NCBI RefSeq assembly: GCF_024700885.2
Contig: NZ_CP117014.1
Length of the DNA: 64,000 bases
DNA from: Escherichia coli
GTDB taxonomy: Bacteria; Pseudomonadota; Gammaproteobacteria; Enterobacterales; Enterobacteriaceae
Strand: one strand, 5' to 3'
In this document: positions 56,871 to 64,000 of the stretch, in pieces
How the letters are laid out: the number at the start of each line of letters is the position of its first letter
Position numbering within the stretch: the stretch's first letter is position 1
Notes under the pieces: model-generated
The model's database searches: none
Told to the model about the DNA's origin: nothing
Seen by the model: the letters and a program-made list of their open reading frames with translations, nothing else
Translations under genes and position numbers: made by a program

Positions 56871-57324
56871 CGTTATTGTGGCGACCGGTGCTGATCTCCG
56901 GCTTGCGGTTATTTCAGACTCTCACGGGCGTTTAATTGCCCCGCCGAACAGCTCTTTTCCGCAATAGCTGCAATGTCTTTCGCGCATCAGCCTGCGCATT
57001 CACCACAATGTTGAGAACACTGGTTGTCACGCTGCAACGCAACATTTATTCGTAGATTGGGATATGACCCCGTTACGCCAGTGTTCTCAACGTTGTAGTG
57101 CCGGTTACGGTTCCGGCCAGACCTCTTCCTCAACGGGGTGTTCTCCATACGGACTACCGTTTATTGGTCGTTCCTGCGGTTTATGTTGTGAAGCCAGATG
57201 CTTATCTTCTGGTTGCTTCAAAGAGCTGCACTTCATCACAACGGTAAGAGCATTTATGGCTCGCATCGCGGGAAAAAGCCCACGGTAGAGAGTCGAACTC
57301 TACAAATGCTCTTACCTGTTGTGT

Positions 57325-57400
57325 TGGTGCCGGTTAACGGGATCGAACCGCTGACCATTCGCTTACAAAGCGACTGCTCTACCAACTGAGCTAAACCGGC
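57325..57400 (-). tRNA. tRNA-Thr (UGU)
   Basis: 76 nt, acceptor GCCGGTT/AACCGGC, D-arm GCTCAGTTGGTAGAGC, loop TTTGTAA, T-loop TTCGATC, CCA. Confidence 0.8.
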
Positions 57401-57404
57401 AATT

Positions 57405-57491
57405 TGGTGGGGAGTGATGGAGTCGAACCACCCGAGTCGCAATGACAGTAGATTTACAGTCTACCCCGCTACCCCTACGGACTAACTCCCC
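57405..57491 (-). tRNA. tRNA-Tyr (GUA), type II
   Basis: 87 nt, acceptor GGGGAGT/ACTCCCC, anticodon stem GTAGA/TCTAC, loop CTGTAAA, CCA. Confidence 0.75.
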
Positions 57492-57496
57492 TAAAT

Positions 57497-57573
57497 TGGC
57501 GATGGTGGGTGGATTCGAACCACCTACCGAAAGCTTAGAAGGCTGCTGTTCTATCCTACTGAGCTACACCATC
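57497..57573 (-). tRNA. tRNA-Arg (UCU)-like
   Basis: 77 nt, acceptor GATGGTG/CACCATC, loop CTTCTAA as in E. coli argU, T-arm GGTGG-TTCGAAT-CCACC, CCA; one mismatch in anticodon stem. Confidence 0.6.
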
Positions 57574-58808
57574 ACTTGCCGGGTACGTCTCCGGCGAGGG
57601 CTTCCACCTCCGTATGCTTTTCGGCGCACCGCGCCCTGGCTGCAATTCGGTAACAGGGGATGCACAACCCTGGCTTCCAGCGTGATTAGCGCCTTCAGCA
57701 TGACGGGATATACCCGTTACAAGAAGTTCTCCCAGGATGCCATTAAGCAATGGCTGTTACGCGGGAAGGACGCAACAGGTAAGGGCGCTGACCAGAAAGA
57801 CCTGACCCTTCTCATTCATCTGGTTAATCACACCAGCGCCCTTGCCTGTTATGCCTCCCCGTTCCCTAATACACAGACGGGGACACTCTGCGGTCGATTT
57901 TTTTGACGGGGGACGACTCATACCCCGTGGCGTCTGGCTTCTTAGGCCGCTACCATCATCAGATCATCGTTTGCATTTACTTTAATGGTCAGTTTCTAAA
58001 CCGCCGCAAAGTCGCTAACCATGACGAAAACCCTAAAAAAGCCCACCCGAAGATGGGCAAATACGCTACATCTCACACAAGAAAGAAGCCGACTGCCTGA
58101 GCTGGATTCACTTTCAAATGCCCGCTGAAAGGGATCACAAGTCGGCTTCTTTCTTGATGCGGCACTCTCTCCGCCCGTCACCGCTCTGTCTCGGTTGTCG
58201 CGTTTGCCACGCCAGCCGTAACGAGGTTTAAAGTCTTTACACGTTTCCATCACTCGACTGCCGTCTGTGGCTGTTCGTTGCAGCGGGGGTGCCTCCCCCT
58301 GGGGATATCCCCGGCCTTACCCCATTCTTTCAAGACACAATGCAAGGCCACATCCGCATAGGTGCATTACCGCAACATTAAGGAGACTCAGGGCAAAAGG
58401 TAACCGCCACAAAAATCCCTATGCCTCCTTAATGTTGAAGATGTGCATTGATGATTAGATGCAGCATGTACCGTTACTCTCTGCCGGACCATCATCAATG
58501 AACACCTTAAAAAGACCTTCCGTGGCTCAACATGTATTGTCGTTTACTCCGCAAAGTGCTCTCTCTGAAACCACTTTCCGCACTAAACCTGCTGAACTTT
58601 GGCCTGCACGGTGCCAAAGCGTGCTCTTGCATTACTATACATTTCTAACACTTTAATTTGTTAAATGCTGGTGGGCGAACAATAACCAATAAGTGACTAT
58701 CAAGCCCAGCAAGCGAAACGTGGGTACCGCCCACCAGCAAGGAAAATTCTATGTTAAGTTATCTTCACAATCAATACATTCGAATTGTGATTTTAGATTT
58801 CTAACACA

Positions 58809-60017
58809 TTATTTCCCATAAAGATCTTCTACACCCCCATTCTTCTTATCCCATTCGTTCGCCCATACCCGGCAAGCGTCAATGATTTCCTGACGACGAT
58901 CTCCTTGCATGAACGGGATGCTTTCATGGAAACAGCTTGGAATGCAGGCCACACTGAATACAGTATCAAACTCCGTCTGCTTGATTGCCTCCAGCGTCTC
59001 CGGACGCATTTTTAATTCATCGATTGGCGCATCCTTAGAGTCCATAATCCGGCGATATAAGCGCGGAAAATCCGTCTCCAGATACGCCATAATTTTATCT
59101 GCGAGACATTCGTCTATGTCGGTATTCCAGTCCTTTTCGAAGCCCGGCAGGCGATAGTAAAGCGGCGTTCCCCATACCGATGGGATCACATCCATCGTTA
59201 ACAGGCGATTGGTTCTGATTTGTTGATGGTAATTAGCCGTCAGCAGTGCTTCGCCACGCTGCCCAGTTTCCGCAACCAGGCCGTGCGGATACTCATGGAT
59301 GTAGGCAATGGCATCCCTTCCATCATACATAAGTGGAAATGTCTCTGGTCTTTGTCCCATGCCACAAGCACGGTTCAGATCGTGACCAAGCTGTGAGCAC
59401 TCTCGCTTTAATGTTTCGATAATGCTCTGCGCTGTAGCCAACTTTTTACGCAGTGTGACGCCTTCGCCTTGATAATCAATGCATTGCTGATTGAGCTTGG
59501 TTAAACGCTCTTTTAGTTCCCGGCGCTCTCTTTTCAGCGTGCGGTTATCCTTCTCCGCAACATCCAGCCGCTTTGTCAGGCTTGGCGGATAGTCTTTTTT
59601 GTAACGGTTCAAATCGGCTTCGGCAGATTTACGCAGTGTATTTGCCTGTTCAAGACGCGCTTCCAGATTGCCGATCTCATTACGCATATTCGCGGCAAAT
59701 TGATTAACTGCATCACCCAGGCTTTCAACTGTCGCTGATACGCCTGTGACTTGTGAAAAACGGATCAAGCCATCATTAACTGCTTGTTGGTATTCCTCAA
59801 ACTGATCCACCAGCTTATTGTAATCAACTGCCCCATCATCAAGCAGCTTGTTGATTTCCGCCACCAGGTTATCTGTAGTGGCAATGACACTCTCGTGCAG
59901 TCGCTTTGACAGGTCATCACCCGGATTCCGTTTCTGTATAAGAGCGATTTGTGTGCGCAGCGTTTCAATTGCTGTCGAGATAATTTCCAGATTAGAAGTA
60001 TCAGTGTGTTGACTCAT
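58809..60017 (-). CDS. Hypothetical protein with N-terminal coiled coil (402 aa)
   Basis: Motif copies flank both ends (58786-58807 and 60038-60056). Confidence 0.45.
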   Translation of the reverse strand: MSQHTDTSNLEIISTAIETLRTQIALIQKRNPGDDLSKRLHESVIATTDNLVAEINKLLDDGAVDYNKLVDQFEEYQQAVNDGLIRFSQVTGVSATVESLGDAVNQFAANMRNEIGNLEARLEQANTLRKSAEADLNRYKKDYPPSLTKRLDVAEKDNRTLKRERRELKERLTKLNQQCIDYQGEGVTLRKKLATAQSIIETLKRECSQLGHDLNRACGMGQRPETFPLMYDGRDAIAYIHEYPHGLVAETGQRGEALLTANYHQQIRTNRLLTMDVIPSVWGTPLYYRLPGFEKDWNTDIDECLADKIMAYLETDFPRLYRRIMDSKDAPIDELKMRPETLEAIKQTEFDTVFSVACIPSCFHESIPFMQGDRRQEIIDACRVWANEWDKKNGGVEDLYGK

Positions 60018-60130
60018 TGCTATTCCCGTTACTTTGTTAAATTATTTTTCTAACATATTTTATTAGTTTGATGACAGTATCGAAAGATGCAATAAACAAA
60101 AAACCCGCTAATTGGCGGGTTTTTATGCAA

Positions 60131-60445
60131 TTACTGTGTTGCAGCCTGATAAATAAGATACGCGATAAATACAGGTACGATGGCCCATTGCAGCAATGAA
60201 AGTAGCCTCATTACTGTTATTGGGGTAACTCCATCCACGTATTGTTTCTCTGACATTTTCCCGAACCAACTAACCGACAACAGTGCCGAGTTTTCCCCCA
60301 ATTCCAGCTCTCTGAGAGCTTCACGGATTAACGGCGCTGTCACAGCCTTAACCGGTGTGCTCAACGTGATACTCCGCGTCCTCCCCGCATCGTCAGCGAA
60401 CGCCAGACTCACATAATATTTTTTGCTCAATGTACAAACTCCCAA
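60131..60445 (-). CDS. Small protein with C-terminal transmembrane helix (104 aa)
   Basis: C-terminal LLSLLQWAIVPVFIAYLIY hydrophobic segment. Confidence 0.35.
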   Translation of the reverse strand: MGVCTLSKKYYVSLAFADDAGRTRSITLSTPVKAVTAPLIREALRELELGENSALLSVSWFGKMSEKQYVDGVTPITVMRLLSLLQWAIVPVFIAYLIYQAATQ

Positions 60446-60641
60446 TCATCAGCGCTTGCACTTTCCGGGGTTATGTGAACCTTATCGCCAGTAACAATAT
60501 TGCGAGCTTCAAAACTTCCATTGATACGTTTCGAGATCTCAATACATAGAGCCTGCTGCCATGAGCGACGACGAGCGATAGCATTAGTTCCTGCAGGGAT
60601 AAGTTCTGCCACGTTAAGTAACCGCAAAACGATTTCTCCGT

Positions 60642-61136
60642 TTAATCAAGACAAACATACTCCGTGATAGCTTTTATGGCTTCAGCGGCACTGCGCGCCT
60701 CAAAGCAGTAGTAACCGGCTTCTGTGAGGCGAGTCATCCAGACGAGTTGTTCGGGAGTCAGGCGATTTCTCCCATGTTTCATCTCAATGCGCATTCCGTG
60801 GTATCCCCCACAAGCAAGGTCTATAGAAAGATCGGGATATCCCTTCTTTTGGCCCTCTGCCACCATTTTTATTGCCGTCCTTATGCCTCGCAGGCCACCG
60901 TTTGGAGTGGCGTGAGTATGCTCATACACATAACGCATATTGCGATACATCCAGTCCAGGACGCGAACCTGCTCGTAATGCTCATGGTTCCTTTTGATTA
61001 GATCTGGGTTTTTCTCCAGTTCTCTAAGAGCTGCGGCATGTGGGGATGTTTCAGAATATTCACTGCGACGCCTTCTCTTTCGCGCTATTTTTCTAACACA
61101 CCCATTGATAGTAAATATGCGAAATAATAACAACAA
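60642..61136 (-). CDS. VRR-NUC domain nuclease (start uncertain)
   Basis: ...PNGG...KGYPDL...GGYHG.RIEMK.G.N.LTPEQ..W...L...GY pattern; motif copy at 61083-61100 lies inside the 5' end of the track ORF. Confidence 0.55.
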   Translation of the reverse strand: MLLLFRIFTINGCVRKIARKRRRRSEYSETSPHAAALRELEKNPDLIKRNHEHYEQVRVLDWMYRNMRYVYEHTHATPNGGLRGIRTAIKMVAEGQKKGYPDLSIDLACGGYHGMRIEMKHGRNRLTPEQLVWMTRLTEAGYYCFEARSAAEAIKAITEYVCLD

Positions 61137-61272
61137 CGTTAGATTTGTAAAACAAGAGAGATACTACTCAAGGATGGTCTATATGCAACAGGTCGGATTT
61201 GCTTTTAGAGTAAAGAGTGACCTTAATCAACAAGGAGGGTAAATCGCATGGCATTTACCCAACCTGTTATTT

Positions 61273-61533
61273 TTAAAGGGTTATTTTATCCTGTTCGGAT
61301 AATTCTTTGATTGTCTTGTCGATTGCGATCAACCAACCTTCATAGGTTAAATCATCAACAAGTTCTACCAACTTATCATCGGTGTGAGGAAAGTATATCC
61401 AGCTCCAGTTCGCAGGGTTTTCTGCTTTTCGCAGCGTAAAAACCTTCTTGTATCGGTGGAACTCAAGGATATACCCCTTCGATATGGAATATTCCTTTAG
61501 GTCTTCGACCGTAAACCTACGATTCTTTCGCAT
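61273..61533 (-). CDS. Hypothetical protein (86 aa)
   Basis: ORF with short spacing to neighbours. Confidence 0.35.
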   Translation of the reverse strand: MRKNRRFTVEDLKEYSISKGYILEFHRYKKVFTLRKAENPANWSWIYFPHTDDKLVELVDDLTYEGWLIAIDKTIKELSEQDKITL

Positions 61534-61535
61534 GG

Positions 61536-61970
61536 CTACCCCATAATTCGATATTTCTCTATAGACTCGTCGTAACTTGTGTACACGTATGGCTCTGTAT
61601 CATCGGCATAAGGTGCGACTTCCAGAGCATGAACAGGATTGTATACCGCGTCATTTTCCAGGCGATCGCTCGAATACAGATGCCCAGCCAAAACCGTAAG
61701 CGCCGGGCGACTCATTTTGTAGATCTCTGCCACATCACTATCTACAACTTGTCCAAATGATATGTCGCCGCGCTCCAGCAATAACGTTTTAAGCGCAGGC
61801 CACCACGGCCCATAAAGGTGATAAAGCTGTGGATCTCGTTTCAGCCTTTCCACCATGCCATTCAGATATGCATCCAGAAACGCCTCTTCACTCCTGCCAT
61901 TGAGCGCCTGCGGCAAAATGTCCTCAAGGTAGGATTCCGTCGGTTTTACAGTGTCAATTAATGTCGTCAT
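61536..61970 (-). CDS. Hypothetical protein (144 aa)
   Basis: ORF. Confidence 0.4.
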   Translation of the reverse strand: MTTLIDTVKPTESYLEDILPQALNGRSEEAFLDAYLNGMVERLKRDPQLYHLYGPWWPALKTLLLERGDISFGQVVDSDVAEIYKMSRPALTVLAGHLYSSDRLENDAVYNPVHALEVAPYADDTEPYVYTSYDESIEKYRIMG

Positions 61971-62006
61971 TCAAATTCGGCCCCAGTTGGGGCCGCTCCT
62001 TATCTG

Positions 62007-63962
62007 TTAGGCCGCATCGGCGATTATTTTACGCAGTTCATCTACCGAGTAACGCGTAGATACCATCCATGCAGGACGGTCAAAGTTCACATCAGCAACC
62101 GGGTTTGCTTCAAAATTCCAGAAACGTCCGCCAATCTTCTTAATCGCGTCTTTGGCGTTCCGTATTGTCGAGGAACCTGGTTGGTCGGCAATGAGATAAA
62201 CCGCGCCAACGTCCTCGCTGACGCTCCACCAGCGCCCGCGAACACGCGCCTTAGCGCGAATCGGCTTATCATTAACCACAATGATATAGTCATCATTCGC
62301 CGCTTCATCAGCTCTGGCTTCAGCCACTGCCGCCTGCTCTTCTCTTTTGCTTTCAGCCTGCTCAAGCCTTTCCGCGATCTCTGATTCAGTGGCCCCGCCG
62401 TTTTTCAGCGATACATAGTCCTGCCACGTTGCCGATTTGAGCGTATCCGGCAACTCATTCACATAGTCGCCGTCTTTCAACTCACGGGCGCGGCGGGTAG
62501 CCATTTCTACCAGGCGATTAACAGAAACAGCATCAGCAAAATCGTCCTTACTAATGTGTTTTTCATCAAATGCATTGATGACAGCCCCCACCTTAATCCA
62601 CTGTGCTGCCGGTGATTCCAGGGGGTTATCAGCCTGAACAATGGCGAGTTTCGCTCCATCTACCCCATTATTCGCCAGCTGTTCCAATGCCGCCCATCCA
62701 TCTGCATCACTGAGTGATTTATATTGCTCAAACAATGCATCGCGCCAGGCCACCAGCGCAGAACGTGTTTTTTCGATCTTCGCCTTAATTTTCGCGATCT
62801 TGACCTGATTAAACATCCGTTCAATATCATCGATATTGCTAAAGGCTTTCATCCTGCCCTGGAATAAACGGTATGCCAGCACGGTCCTCCAGAATGATTC
62901 CAGACCTTCTCCGGACGGTTTGCGGAACAAGCTAAGAATATCTTCAGAAGTGACTTTATTAAGCGAACGACCTGACAGACCACGCCCAGCCATCCAGTTT
63001 TCGAACTCATGGGCAACATCATCCATCGTTGCCTGTGCGCCCCATGCCTGCATTCCCTGGGTGTAATCATACCCATACAATGCCTGGAGGAATCCCTCGC
63101 CGTCCACGATATTCAGCGGGTTATCACTGGCTTGTATTTTTGCCACTTCACGCTTCAGCGCCTCGTCGTTGCCATCAGGATATATCCATCGCTCAGGTGC
63201 TATATCCGATGCTCGCCCGATTTTTTGGCCTATCACGCCATCATAGGCCGATGACAGCGCGATCTGACCATCATCTGTGCGATATGCCCAGTATTTAATA
63301 GCTGACCCACCGCCCCATGCATTACCAGGTTTACCAGCAATAACATTCATTACCCCATTGCGAATAGCATCATAGAACTGATCGCGAGTAAGTATTGTTG
63401 ATAGCTGGTGGCACTGAACACCACGCGCAGCCGTTGCGCGCGATTCAGCTACCCCCTCTTCAAAAGTTACCGCTTCAATCACAGAGTCAAACGGCAATGT
63501 AACGATTGACCCCGGTGCTCGAGCGTAACGACTTGCTCTATCCAGCCAGGCGATACGGCAGAGGTATTGTGCTTTTTCACCGTCAATTTTTTCCACCCGG
63601 ACAATCGCTGTTGTTTCGCGATCATCAATGACTGCACGGTAATAACTACCTTTATGCAACAGGATATTCTTGTCAGTGCGCATATATTCCTGTGGGTTCT
63701 GAATAACATCGATACTGATATCCAGCACACCAGACTTAATAGCGCGCTCCACCTCACCACGAGAGCGTTTCATTATGGTATCCGCGTCTTTTGCCCTGGT
63801 GATCGCAAACCGCAGCACCCGCGCACGTTTTCTGTAGCTACTCAACTGCTCAAGCGCGTATTTTTGCCCATTCCTGTTCGTACCCGCTTTTATCAGGTCG
63901 TCAAGATTGCGCTGGTAATACTCTATCTGTTCCATCGCGCTTTTCAGTTCTGTCTCCATCAT
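62007..63962 (-). CDS. Large hypothetical protein (651 aa)
   Basis: Long ORF, no recognisable motif; upstream region runs off the window. Confidence 0.45.
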   Translation of the reverse strand: MMETELKSAMEQIEYYQRNLDDLIKAGTNRNGQKYALEQLSSYRKRARVLRFAITRAKDADTIMKRSRGEVERAIKSGVLDISIDVIQNPQEYMRTDKNILLHKGSYYRAVIDDRETTAIVRVEKIDGEKAQYLCRIAWLDRASRYARAPGSIVTLPFDSVIEAVTFEEGVAESRATAARGVQCHQLSTILTRDQFYDAIRNGVMNVIAGKPGNAWGGGSAIKYWAYRTDDGQIALSSAYDGVIGQKIGRASDIAPERWIYPDGNDEALKREVAKIQASDNPLNIVDGEGFLQALYGYDYTQGMQAWGAQATMDDVAHEFENWMAGRGLSGRSLNKVTSEDILSLFRKPSGEGLESFWRTVLAYRLFQGRMKAFSNIDDIERMFNQVKIAKIKAKIEKTRSALVAWRDALFEQYKSLSDADGWAALEQLANNGVDGAKLAIVQADNPLESPAAQWIKVGAVINAFDEKHISKDDFADAVSVNRLVEMATRRARELKDGDYVNELPDTLKSATWQDYVSLKNGGATESEIAERLEQAESKREEQAAVAEARADEAANDDYIIVVNDKPIRAKARVRGRWWSVSEDVGAVYLIADQPGSSTIRNAKDAIKKIGGRFWNFEANPVADVNFDRPAWMVSTRYSVDELRKIIADAA

Positions 63963-64000
63963 GCCGATATCTTTTCCGGCGGCGTTTGCCGCTTTCAGGT

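Noticed and set aside
57243-57316. tRNA-like element (13-bp stem enclosing a T-arm-like hairpin)
   Set aside because: Topology and stem length do not fit a cloverleaf; no anticodon arm. Kept as an unexplained structured repeat.
57442-57906. 154-aa plus-strand ORF
   Set aside because: Overlaps the tRNA-Tyr and tRNA-Arg genes on the opposite strand.
1-64000. Searched for CRISPR arrays, IS elements/transposases, reverse transcriptases and integrase-att pairs
   Set aside because: No regularly spaced repeat array, no transposase-like or RT-like ORF; the only recombinase is the Cre-like gene.

Overview
This window reads as the first 64 kb of a P1-like phage-plasmid, rotated to start at repA; every call below is from reading the sequence and ORF translations by eye, with no database search run. 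Layout: P1-type RepA plus an incA-like iteron array (1-1084); a minus-strand virion morphogenesis operon (1.1-8.2 kb); an overlapping Rz/Rz1-like spanin pair and a PAAR-like spike tip (9.2-11.0 kb); two plasmid partition systems (ParM/ParR and a ParA/ParG-like pair) flanking an apparently host-derived glnS (11.0-15.8 kb); a Dam/Dcm fusion methyltransferase (Dmt-like) and RdgC; baseplate genes (18.9-22.1 kb); an AT-rich accessory island (22.1-29.8 kb) with HigBA, a membrane protein, a SWIM-finger protein, exported proteins and a three-gene operon; a Rha-type antirepressor region and a Ref-like HNH nuclease; a ~10-kb array of small lambdoid-type Ea22-like genes; humD behind a LexA box; phd-doc; a PacB paralog, dUTPase and DUF2829-like proteins; a Cre-like recombinase beside a lox-like site; pacA/pacB terminase; and five minus-strand tRNA genes. 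The strongest candidate for an undescribed system is the three-gene operon at 27556-29548, which couples an HExxH (ImmA/IrrE-like) metallopeptidase to a Dcd-fold dCTP deaminase with conserved catalytic motifs, behind a perfect 20-bp palindrome. Other leads are a dispersed asymmetric motif (TGTTAGAAAAyTAAAT, three times as a GTTAGA-N16-TCTAAC palindrome) that looks like a master-repressor operator, the glnS cargo, a terminase paralog with degenerate Walker motifs, and structured non-coding regions near the antirepressor and tRNA genes. Gene order is mosaic relative to what I recall of P1. Functional assignments for the structural genes are tentative.
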